Part shown: piece after piece, positions 15,760 through 23,226 of the stretch
Layout: every line of letters starts with the position of its first letter
Position numbering within the stretch: the first letter of the stretch is position 1
IMG/VR virus record: IMGVR_UViG_3300035541_000081
Span: 1 to 61,688 of that record
DNA length: 61,688 bases
Strand: one strand, 5' to 3'
DNA from: a virus
Notes under the pieces: model-generated
Told to the model about the DNA's origin: nothing
What the model saw: the letters and a program-made list of their open reading frames with translations, nothing else
Databases searched by the model: none
Position numbers and translations under genes: made by a program

Positions 15760-16389
15760 TTAGATACCGGAAAAGTCGTCGTTTTCTATATCAGGAGCGT
15801 TTTCCTGATACGCAGACGCGAAGTCATAACCGGACCAACCCACCTTGACATTGCGTTTTAATTCTCCCGTGTCCTTGTCCTTCCAACTGTTCCACTCCGT
15901 GGTCACGAGAACTTGCTTCCCTGGTGCGCCTGCCCAATCCTGTGCCCCAATCGTTTGAGCCGTGGGCGCGATCAACCCCAGGCGTTTGGCAATGAACAGT
16001 CGCCGCCGCTTCATGGCGTCTTTTTCTTTCGGATGATACAGGTTGACCTCATCAAAAACGTACTGCCCAAGAAGCAATGCCTTAAACTCTTCCATTTTTT
16101 CAGCCGGGATGTTCTGGACTTTTTTCACAATCTCGCCTTCACGCTTCACTGGAGTGCCGTCCACGTTCAGTACGGGTTGTTCCAACTGAATCAGCCCATC
16201 AATCCGCATTTTCAGCTTAGCGGCCATGCAGGAGTATTTGTTGAAATTCTTTTCAATCGGCTCACACTCCACGACCGTGCAAAACAACTTGCCGACCGGA
16301 GTTTGAACATCCAGGGATTCCGATTGTTTTTGGTCTGTTTCTGTTATCGTTTCTTCCACGTCTACCTGGTCCCATGTATAATCTGACAT
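15760..16389 (-). CDS. putative ssDNA-binding protein (gp2.5/DUF669-like) with an acidic C-terminal tail
   Basis: 209 aa, sits between nuclease and recombination-type genes, C-terminus APDIENDDFSGI. Confidence 0.4.
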   Translation of the reverse strand: MSDYTWDQVDVEETITETDQKQSESLDVQTPVGKLFCTVVECEPIEKNFNKYSCMAAKLKMRIDGLIQLEQPVLNVDGTPVKREGEIVKKVQNIPAEKMEEFKALLLGQYVFDEVNLYHPKEKDAMKRRRLFIAKRLGLIAPTAQTIGAQDWAGAPGKQVLVTTEWNSWKDKDTGELKRNVKVGWSGYDFASAYQENAPDIENDDFSGI

Positions 16390-16430
16390 ACTCGTTCTCC
16401 TGATTAATTTTTACTTTTTTCCTGTTAAGG

Positions 16431-16444
16431 TTCCATATATGGAA
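16431..16444. promoter_or_regulatory. palindrome TTCCATATATGGAA upstream of gene 15760..16389
   Basis: Perfect 14-bp palindrome about 40 bp upstream of the start codon, sharing the TTCCA/TGGAA arms with the other palindromic elements. Confidence 0.35.
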
Positions 16445-16490
16445 ACATGTTTTTAAAAAAATACAAATTGATTTTTTCTGTTTAGTCGTC

Positions 16491-16664
16491 TCAGTCATCA
16501 TAAAAATGATCACAATAATCTGTTCTGCGCCGGTACTCCTCGTCTGCTGCTTCACAAATTATTTCATCTGCCCAATTTTCAGCCAGCCATTTTAAGTAAT
16601 CAGACGGTATGCTTTCAATTTTATCGCCCTCATATTTTCCGACCGGCATTATAATATCTTTCAT
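16491..16664 (-). CDS. DUF3820/ExoX-C-terminal-like small protein (57 aa)
   Basis: Not in the ORF track. MKDIIMPVGKYEGDKIESIPSDYLKWLAENW... matches the PFGKYKG-x-P-x-x-YLxW pattern. GGAGG RBS (16667-16675). Confidence 0.5.
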   Translation of the reverse strand: MKDIIMPVGKYEGDKIESIPSDYLKWLAENWADEIICEAADEEYRRRTDYCDHFYDD

Positions 16665-16697
16665 AGATCCTCCTTGACTATATAGTCATAACAGCAA

Positions 16698-18590
16698 TTA
16701 GAACGGTATATTCGGTATCTGTTCCTTTTCAGGCAACATATCGCTCAACAGGTCAATAAAGACAATCGCCTGGTCAAGGCTGAAATTGACCGCTGATGTC
16801 ATCGGGTCCCCGGCAGCATCTTTGAACTTTTGAACGTGTGTAAAAAATTCCCCATTTTTTAATTTGCCGGATTTCTCAAGTCTGCCCTTCAACTTCACAA
16901 TCATTCTTAACTGCTCCTCGCCGACCGGACCGGAGGTCTCGTCATAGGCAAAATCATTTTTCTCACTTGGTGCCCCATCGGTTGGGCTGTCATTTTCTTT
17001 GGATTCCGGGGTGGGTTCCGTGTCAATGGCATCCTCATCCGGGGCGACCTTCCCGGGGTCCGTTGCCTGGTTGAACGCCTGGATCTCAGACTGTTCCAAC
17101 CGGTCTTTTGCCGACATGTCCCCGTTGCCAATTCTGTCTTCTGCCCACTCAATCAAGCCGTCTCGATCAAGTGTCAGATTCACGGGAATAGGCCTGAAAA
17201 ACTCAACCAGCCGCCTTGAAATATCTTCCCGGTCTTCCATCGCTCTGATTTCAACAAGCAGGGGATGTTCTTCCGTGTCCTGGCAATCTTTTTCATCGTC
17301 ATCATGATAAATCGGCTGTTCTTTGAGCAGCATCGGGGCCGGACTATCCAGCAAGGTTTTGATTGTTTCTATCAGGTCCGGCTTTTTGAGTTTCGGTTTC
17401 AATTTCACATCCGGCCGCTCCCTGGTGAAAAAAAGCTCCAGGTAGTCCTTTGTCATCCGGTTAGCCAGTTTCAGGGTATTGTCATATTCGTTGTTATTGG
17501 CCGCGACAAGGAACCGATTGTATAAACCGGCATATGTCCCGCCACGATTGAGGAGACGAGGGTTTATATCGATCTTGACTTGATATGACCCCGGTTCAGA
17601 CTTGACGCTCTGATCTTGCGTCTCAATATCGCCCGACTCCTCCGCATACTCATTGTCCTGGGGCCGTTCAGAAGGGTGGTTTTCGTTTTTATCGACGCTT
17701 CCTGAGCCATTTGTTGTGTCGGTATTTTCTGATACGTTATCATGTTCAACACCTCCGGCTTTGATAGGTTCAACTTTTTCGGCTGCTTCAACTTCGGTGG
17801 GATAAAATTCTTCTATGAAATCCTGCTCATCTTCCCCGGGCTCCGCAATCATCTGCTTATTGTGAGTTTCCAGCAGATACACCTTTTCCTTCATCGCCAG
17901 TTCGTGAACCGAATCCCGCAAAGCCTCCATGGTGCCGTTGAAGCAAATGGAAACGACATACACAACACCCCGGGAAGTGTGTCGTGCGGACAATGTCAAC
18001 ATCAAGGGGATACCGGCCAGGCGTCCTTTCGTTGCTACCTTGATCAGCTCCATGCCGCCCCATATACCCTTGATGGAATTTATGGACGTTGTCCGGAAAA
18101 TGTGAGCCTGGCCGAAAAAACCGGCCTCATCAATCATGCAGGTTAAGCGACCGTTGGCCTTGCATTTTTGATCTCCTTCGTAATCCGGGTCAAGGCGGTT
18201 GCAGGGGCACAGGTATTCTTTTTTATAATCATCAATGCGCCGGAAAGCCTTTTCACCGTCTCCGTAGCATGAAAGCTTGTTCCCGGCATAGCAGGCGTAC
18301 CGGGTGGGGAAATTGCTTTCGATATCATCATATAATAAGCGCACCGGCAGGCCCACAAGATTCCCGCTTTCATTGACAATGCCCGTGCCGCTTTCTTTGA
18401 TTCTGTCCATTAAATCCGCGTCGAGGATAAAATCTCCGGCGTCGTTCTTTTCCGTTGTCGTGAGAAGGAAATGGTCCAGTTTCTGCGGGAGGCGAAACTC
18501 TTTCCCCTGGGCAGATATTTTTGGCAAGCCCTTATTTCCGATTTTTATTTTTCCAGCTTCGTTCAACGAAACTTGTAAGTTCTTAATCAA
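16698..18590 (-). CDS. 630-aa hypothetical DNA-metabolism protein: Cys-containing N-domain, long acidic linker, C-terminal domain ending ...IPNIPF
   Basis: Long ORF in the replication/recombination operon. The central D/E/P/T-rich low-complexity segment and terminal IPF are read from the translation. Confidence 0.7.
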   Translation of the reverse strand: MIKNLQVSLNEAGKIKIGNKGLPKISAQGKEFRLPQKLDHFLLTTTEKNDAGDFILDADLMDRIKESGTGIVNESGNLVGLPVRLLYDDIESNFPTRYACYAGNKLSCYGDGEKAFRRIDDYKKEYLCPCNRLDPDYEGDQKCKANGRLTCMIDEAGFFGQAHIFRTTSINSIKGIWGGMELIKVATKGRLAGIPLMLTLSARHTSRGVVYVVSICFNGTMEALRDSVHELAMKEKVYLLETHNKQMIAEPGEDEQDFIEEFYPTEVEAAEKVEPIKAGGVEHDNVSENTDTTNGSGSVDKNENHPSERPQDNEYAEESGDIETQDQSVKSEPGSYQVKIDINPRLLNRGGTYAGLYNRFLVAANNNEYDNTLKLANRMTKDYLELFFTRERPDVKLKPKLKKPDLIETIKTLLDSPAPMLLKEQPIYHDDDEKDCQDTEEHPLLVEIRAMEDREDISRRLVEFFRPIPVNLTLDRDGLIEWAEDRIGNGDMSAKDRLEQSEIQAFNQATDPGKVAPDEDAIDTEPTPESKENDSPTDGAPSEKNDFAYDETSGPVGEEQLRMIVKLKGRLEKSGKLKNGEFFTHVQKFKDAAGDPMTSAVNFSLDQAIVFIDLLSDMLPEKEQIPNIPF

Positions 18591-18616
18591 AGCTCCCCTC
18601 CTTTCTTATTTGATTG

Positions 18617-18811
18617 TTATTTGATTTTGATGCTGAGTTTCCTGTACGTTTTGAACAGCTTCTCCAAATCAAGCGTGTTTTTCCTGGCTCGCAGGGCGCC
18701 GGCTCTATTTGTTTCTTTTGATGAGTTCTGCATGAACTCTTGAAACTTGTTGTCAATTTCAGTTCTCAATGCGTTGACTTTCTCCGGGTCGAAATTGGTT
18801 TTTTTGTCCAT
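18617..18811 (-). CDS. histone H1-like Hc1-family nucleoid protein (N-terminal domain only)
   Basis: NRAGALRARKNTLDLEKLFKTYRKLSIKIK aligns by eye with chlamydial Hc1 NKAAAQRVRTESIKLEKIAKVYRKESIKAEK. Confidence 0.6.
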   Translation of the reverse strand: MDKKTNFDPEKVNALRTEIDNKFQEFMQNSSKETNRAGALRARKNTLDLEKLFKTYRKLSIKIK

Positions 18812-18823
18812 TTTAAATATCCT

Positions 18824-18881
18824 TTAATTATGTTTAATTACGTCTTAATTGTGTTTAATTACGTTTTGATTGTGTTTGACC
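18824..18881. repeat. six helically phased TTAATT/TTGATT/TTGACC repeats (period 10-11 bp) upstream of the Hc1-like gene
   Basis: Repeat starts at 18824, 18834, 18845, 18855, 18866 and 18876, equivalent to about 2.7 copies of a 21-bp unit. Confidence 0.85.
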
Positions 18882-19537
18882 TATTCCAACAAGCCTGCAA
18901 CATGCGCCATGCCAAACAACCCCATAAGCAATGCACAGTCTTGAATGCAATAGGTTTTGATGTCATTCCTCAAACCCATATCCCAATAGTCCTGAACCTG
19001 CTCACCGCAAATACTTTCTGTCTTGGTTTCTCCTAAACATATCCTTGCGAAGGAATCCAACGTTCCGGGGGCAAATCGATCCTCACCGGCCAGGACAAGA
19101 CGCAGGTCCGTGTGATTCCCCTTGTTGTACCGCCCCTTGTCAATGTTCACACCCGGTCTGATGGCATATTTCATGCCGTGTATGAGCAGGCAACGCAGAT
19201 CAAAAGAGCGGCCATTGAAGGATACGAAGTGATCATATTTAGCCAATATTTCCCAAAACTTGACCAGGAGGTCTCTCTCTGCGTCCTGGGATTCTTCCTC
19301 CAGGAGCAATGCCCCGCTTTTCCCGGTTGAGTCCATCCACCCGGCACAGCAAATCATATTGAACAGGGGGGAGATTCCCATATCCGCAATCTGTTTTTTT
19401 TTCTTCTCTGCAATATCGAGCAGGATTTTTTCCTGGTCCTTCAGGTTTGACTTTGCCTTTACCTCCGGCAAGTCCTTGATAAGCGACTTGTTGGCAATGG
19501 TTTCCAGGTCAAAGCCAATTATCTTTTTTGTTCTCAT
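18881..19537 (-). CDS. DnaQ-like 3'-5' exonuclease (PolB-exonuclease-related, stand-alone)
   Basis: ExoI FDLET, ExoII FNGRSFDL, ExoIII YCIQDC. Confidence 0.75.
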   Translation of the reverse strand: MRTKKIIGFDLETIANKSLIKDLPEVKAKSNLKDQEKILLDIAEKKKKQIADMGISPLFNMICCAGWMDSTGKSGALLLEEESQDAERDLLVKFWEILAKYDHFVSFNGRSFDLRCLLIHGMKYAIRPGVNIDKGRYNKGNHTDLRLVLAGEDRFAPGTLDSFARICLGETKTESICGEQVQDYWDMGLRNDIKTYCIQDCALLMGLFGMAHVAGLLE

Positions 19538-19539
19538 TT

Positions 19540-20049
19540 TTACCTGCCCACCCTATAGTTGATAAGCACATGCCCTTCCCCAAGGAATTCAACAGAATAC
19601 AGTGACAATTCCATATCCAGCTCTAGGGTTGTGGGAAAGAAGGATAATCCCGAGCCGAACAGCCGGGGCACAACGACCAACTGTATCTGTGTGATCAAGT
19701 TGTCCAGGATAAAGAATTTGTTTGTTAATGGGCCGCCGATTAAAACAGCGCTGGTGTATCCCATGCTTTCAATCGTTTCAATAACCTTGGCCGGAGCATA
19801 TCCCGTAAATATCAGGTTAGCCTGATCGCTTTTCCGGGAGCTGTCCCGGGTCATAACGAAATTAAAGCGCCCCGGCAGAGGTTTGCCAATGGTGTCATAA
19901 GTTTTTGATCCCATGATTATGACACCGGCCTCTTTAGTCACTTTCACAAAATGTTCTTTATCGACTTTGCCGGTCCAGTCCACAGCGTGGTTGGAATGTC
20001 TTGCAATCTTGCCGTCCACGGTCGCGGCCATTAAAAGAATTACTTCCAT
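19540..20049 (-). CDS. dihydrofolate reductase-like protein (RibD C-terminal domain family)
   Basis: AATVDGKIA...VIIMGSKTYDTIGKPLPGRFNFVMTRD...LVVVPRLFGSG. Confidence 0.75.
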   Translation of the reverse strand: MEVILLMAATVDGKIARHSNHAVDWTGKVDKEHFVKVTKEAGVIIMGSKTYDTIGKPLPGRFNFVMTRDSSRKSDQANLIFTGYAPAKVIETIESMGYTSAVLIGGPLTNKFFILDNLITQIQLVVVPRLFGSGLSFFPTTLELDMELSLYSVEFLGEGHVLINYRVGR

Positions 20050-20309
20050 GTAACCTCCTTCAACACTTTTTCCCTTATTGACACCGGGTCTATTTTTAAA
20101 AAGTCACAAACCCACATGAAGGAACCCACATGTTCATCATTGTTCGTGATCCAGGCACGTGCGTTCCGAGCGTCTTTACCAGGAGCTTTTGAGTAGCTAT
20201 TTAACAGAAGGTCATCTACGGCCATTCTCACGACTGCCGCCCACAATTTTCTTTCTTCAAGCAAAATGTCCTGGGCATCCTGAATGTTTGTGTACCTGTG
20301 TTCCGGCAT
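20040..20309 (-). CDS. hypothetical protein
   Basis: 89-aa ORF within the operon. Confidence 0.6.
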   Translation of the reverse strand: MPEHRYTNIQDAQDILLEERKLWAAVVRMAVDDLLLNSYSKAPGKDARNARAWITNNDEHVGSFMWVCDFLKIDPVSIREKVLKEVTWK

Positions 20310-20417
20310 TTATAACCCTGCGAATTGGGCACAACGCCACGCATACCCAGCAGCCAACCCGATAAAAAAGATGGCCATAAGACACATGAAAAAATCTTGT
20401 TTTCTCAGTTTAAGCAT
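20310..20417 (-). CDS. 35-aa hydrophobic peptide (MLKLRKQDFFMCLMAIFFIGLAAGYAWRCAQFAGL)
   Basis: Not in the ORF track. AAGGAGG RBS 6 nt upstream of the ATG at 20417. The stop abuts the next ATG (TAAATG). Confidence 0.35.
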   Translation of the reverse strand: MLKLRKQDFFMCLMAIFFIGLAAGYAWRCAQFAGL

Positions 20418-21045
20418 CTTGCTCCTCCTTTACACCTAAGCTGTCAAAAAGTTCTATGCCGTAAATACACGCTTTTTCAATGTCCCTGGAAAATTGGCCT
20501 TTGTGGTTCGCCCGGCAAGAGTATTTAAGCAGGTTCCCCAGAAGCCAACCCTTGTATTGCTCAGGTGTTAATTTAGCTTTGGGAGCTTTTGCGGCCTTTG
20601 CGGTTTGATCCTCTGCTTGATTCTCTGTTTGAGGATCGTCCTTGCGTTTAAACATCCGGTCTTGGATAAACCGCATTTGTTGACTTTCGAAACTCTTCCA
20701 CTTTCGGCGAACCCGTTCCTTTTCCTTTCTTTTCCAAAACCGGCTTCTTGCTAACCGGCTTCTTGCTGCCGAGGAAGATTTTTTTGGTTCAAACTTGCTG
20801 CCATCGTCACAACTATTACAGAAACTGCACGTCTCGTCGTTGTTTGTACACGCCACGCAAAATTTGAATTTGTTTTTGAATTTGTCTTTGGAACCCAAGC
20901 GCTTTGAATCCGATACTTTCCAAACTGCGTCGCCCAAGCCGTATAAGCACTCAAATGGTGTAAAAGGCTTGCTAAATCCCCACCAAGTTGGAACCTCTGA
21001 CACACATGGGATATCTACCCCGCATTCTTCACAAATAAACTTCAC
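20410..21045 (-). CDS. Cys-rich protein with a DUF3310-like C-terminal domain (probable GTG start at 21045)
   Basis: CEECG...CVACTNNDETCSFCNSC, and C-terminal YKGWLLGNLLKYSCRANHKGQFSRDIEKACIY. AAGGAGG precedes the GTG. Confidence 0.55.
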   Translation of the reverse strand: MKFICEECGVDIPCVSEVPTWWGFSKPFTPFECLYGLGDAVWKVSDSKRLGSKDKFKNKFKFCVACTNNDETCSFCNSCDDGSKFEPKKSSSAARSRLARSRFWKRKEKERVRRKWKSFESQQMRFIQDRMFKRKDDPQTENQAEDQTAKAAKAPKAKLTPEQYKGWLLGNLLKYSCRANHKGQFSRDIEKACIYGIELFDSLGVKEEQDA

Positions 21046-21054
21046 ACTGCCTCC

Positions 21055-21073
21055 TTTTTTCCACAAGTGGAAA
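21055..21073. promoter_or_regulatory. 19-bp element TTTTTTCCACAAGTGGAAA (16-bp perfect palindrome; contains the DnaA-box-like TTTTCCACA)
   Basis: Immediately upstream of the RBS of gene 20410..21045. An identical 19-mer recurs at 28415-28433. Confidence 0.5.
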
Positions 21074-21168
21074 TATGATCGTTAAAAAAAAGGTGGGAAA
21101 CCCACCCGTGTATCCATATCAGGAAAACATAAGAGCAAAAAAGGAGCACTCTCCTTTACTATTGTAAT

Positions 21169-21567
21169 CTATTCTTTATTTTTGTTTTTACCTCTCTCTT
21201 GTTCAATTATCTTTTTCAACCTATCAGGGTCAATGCCATCGTTGATGGCCCCTTTGATGGATTCGATCAGGTCCTTATTTTCAAAAAAGCGCATTTCGTT
21301 AAGATACGCCTTCTCTTCCTTATCCAATACTACGCTTTTTTCAATATCATCCACTATAATAATTCCTCCAGTGATAAGGGCCTTCGACCACAATTCGGTC
21401 ATAGCCCTTTTTTTATTTTTGATTTCAGACAGCCGGTTCTGTGGAATCCCGGATTTTTCAGATAACTCCTGATTCTCCCAATTTTCGACTTCCATAAGAT
21501 ATGCTAATTTCTTGCTGGCATAATCACCCATTTTTTTAAAAAAACCGGCTTGTTTGGCTTTTCTCAT
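21169..21567 (-). CDS. HTH-containing putative transcriptional regulator
   Basis: 132 aa with NQELSEKSGIPQNRLSEIKN. First gene of the minus-strand DNA-metabolism operon, next to the repeat arrays. Confidence 0.5.
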   Translation of the reverse strand: MRKAKQAGFFKKMGDYASKKLAYLMEVENWENQELSEKSGIPQNRLSEIKNKKRAMTELWSKALITGGIIIVDDIEKSVVLDKEEKAYLNEMRFFENKDLIESIKGAINDGIDPDRLKKIIEQERGKNKNKE

Positions 21568-21636
21568 TACATTCTCCTTTTGGTTTTACTCTTATACGGG
21601 AACAATCGCAGGTTTAATCGTAATTGTCAATGCATT

Positions 21637-21720
21637 TTTCCACCTTTGTTTCCACCTTTGTTTCCACCTTTGTTTCCACCTTTGTTTCCACCTTTGTTTC
21701 CACCTTTGTTTCCACCTTTG
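21637..21720. repeat. iteron array: 12-bp unit TTTCCACCTTTG x7, perfect
   Basis: Seven exact head-to-tail copies; all three frames on both strands stay open, producing the FHLC/WKQR/VETK artefact ORFs. Confidence 0.95.
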
Positions 21721-21840
21721 TAAAAAACGGTTTAACTTTTCCATGAATGAAAACAATCGTAAAAAACATAGTGGAGGCAAGGATTTTTAAAGTTGACAAA
21801 GCAAGAAGAACTAACTAAAACAATGATTTAACGCATTGAC

Positions 21841-21900
21841 TTTTCCACATACTTTTCCACATACTTTTCCACATACTTTTCCACATACTTTTCCACATAA
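21841..21900. repeat. 12-bp unit TTTTCCACATAC x5 (each unit contains TTTTCCACA, which fits the relaxed DnaA-box consensus TTWTNCACA)
   Basis: Five head-to-tail copies; the last ends ...ataa. Confidence 0.95.
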
Positions 21901-21949
21901 TGTTCTCACCTAAAAAATATTTGACAACCCCCCAAAATCTGTGCAATGG

Positions 21950-22118
21950 TGAAATCGTTCAGGCAAAATCCTGGACCCGGTTTGCAAGCCGGACTTACAA
22001 GGCGCAGAGCGCCACTTGATATGTGCATATTTCAGCGGGCTGTGTGCGGAGACCTTCGGGTCTGCCGGTTTCCTTGTAGCCGGTCTTGCAACCGCACATA
22101 GCCCGCTTTTTTGTTTTT
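21950..22118 (+). ncRNA. candidate structured non-coding RNA or leader ending in an intrinsic terminator
   Basis: TTGACA at 21921-21926 (weak -10). Hairpins ggcgc-aga-gcgcc (22001-22013) and agacc-ttcg-ggtct (22050-22063). A 15-bp outer stem plus T run. No credible ORF. Confidence 0.3.
22035..22118 (+). terminator. compound intrinsic terminator
   Basis: gcgggctgtgtgcgg (22035-22049) pairs with ccgcacatagcccgc (22092-22106) with one G-U pair, followed by ttttttgttttt. Confidence 0.55.
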
Positions 22119-22163
22119 GGACGAATAGAAAGGGCTTAATCACAAATCTAAGGAGGCCCTATC

Positions 22164-22229
22164 ATGGAATTGTATAAAGAAGTGATCACCAGTCAATTAG
22201 AACTTTTGGGAATAGAGGTGTGCCAATGA
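22164..22229 (+). CDS. 21-aa upstream ORF (MELYKEVITSQLELLGIEVCQ) coupled to the initiator gene
   Basis: AAGGAGG lies 7 nt upstream of the ATG. Its TGA overlaps the ATG at 22226 (ATGA). Confidence 0.3.
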   Translation: MELYKEVITSQLELLGIEVCQ

Positions 22230-23224
22230 TCGTAAAAGCTGAAAATAAATCAAACTTTACAATACTGTCAAATGCCGTTCTTTTGGATGACACCATTTCT
22301 GATAAAGCTCGGGGTGTCCTGGTCCGTTTGTTGTGCCGTCCGGATAACTGGAACCTGAATATCAAGCATCTTGTGAAGACCGGTAAGGACGGAAACACGG
22401 CAGTCAGATCAGCAGTTAAAGAGCTTGAAAAGGCCGGATATATCCAAAGAGACGTTACCCGGCATGAGAATGGGCGAATCATCGGGATTGAATATATCAT
22501 CTGTGAAAATAAGGGCAGTGCCCACCTGGACGAAACCTGCCCTACCGAAATGGGAGGCCAGGTCCATGAAGAATTGACATCCATGCCGGACACACCTTGT
22601 CATGTTGATGATACCCAGGACGAAATCATCGAGGTGGAGGTAGAACCAGCGCCCAGTATCAAGAATAACCAGATGTCGGAAACCGTAATGAAGCAAACCG
22701 CAATTACGGAAACCGCCCCTATAATAAATACTGATATTAAACAAAAACTGAGGGTAACAACGACTACTACACCTGAGCCGGAACCAACCCCGGCACCGGA
22801 ACCGGTTATCTGTGACCAGGCCATGACGTTGTCGTCGTCGTATTCCACCAATGAGATTATAAATTTAATTCCTGAACAGCATCAGACGCCTGTGGTCATT
22901 TCCCTTGTCAACAAAGCCGTGGTTGACTATCCGGTGCGGGAGGTGGAGGAGGCCCTTGCTTATGCCGGGGCCAATGTCCGGGGTGGAAGTATGCAGTTCA
23001 AGGCGTACCTGGATAAAACGCTTAAAAATAAATGGGCTGATGGGTTCCTGGATTCCATGGGGGAGCCTGCCGCTTATGGTGCTGGTGCATGGTTTCACCC
23101 ACGGGCTAAATATCCAAACGGGACTGTTACCGGAAATAAGGACATGGATACCAATTGCATGGTGGCCGCTGATTTCTTAATGGACATGGGCGTGGATGTT
23201 AACCAAATGTGTGCGGAGGCGTAA
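22226..23224 (+). CDS. replication initiator / replisome-organizer-like winged-helix protein
   Basis: N-terminus SNFTILSNAVLLDDTISDKARGVLVRLLCRPDNWNLNIKHLVKTGKDGNTAVRSAVKELEKAGYIQR. Lies downstream of the iterons. The ORF track starts at GTG 22220. Confidence 0.6.
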   Translation: MIVKAENKSNFTILSNAVLLDDTISDKARGVLVRLLCRPDNWNLNIKHLVKTGKDGNTAVRSAVKELEKAGYIQRDVTRHENGRIIGIEYIICENKGSAHLDETCPTEMGGQVHEELTSMPDTPCHVDDTQDEIIEVEVEPAPSIKNNQMSETVMKQTAITETAPIINTDIKQKLRVTTTTTPEPEPTPAPEPVICDQAMTLSSSYSTNEIINLIPEQHQTPVVISLVNKAVVDYPVREVEEALAYAGANVRGGSMQFKAYLDKTLKNKWADGFLDSMGEPAAYGAGAWFHPRAKYPNGTVTGNKDMDTNCMVAADFLMDMGVDVNQMCAEA

Positions 23225-23226
23225 TC

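Noticed and set aside
21554-21799. Three ORFs in the track (21554..21790 +, 21592..21780 -, 21614..21799 -) with FHLC, WKQR and VETK peptide repeats
   Set aside because: They are by-products of the perfect 12-bp x7 tandem repeat, which keeps every frame open. There is no RBS and they overlap one another. The DNA repeat (iterons) is the real feature.
21637-21900. Possible CRISPR array, because of the regularly spaced direct repeats
   Set aside because: The units are only 12 bp and abut directly with no spacers. The two arrays use different units, and there are no cas genes.
21910-22143. 77-aa minus-strand ORF between the repeat arrays and the initiator gene
   Set aside because: It has no RBS and an R/P/K-rich composition, and it coincides exactly with the hairpin-rich, terminator-ended plus-strand segment. 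It is better explained as non-coding.
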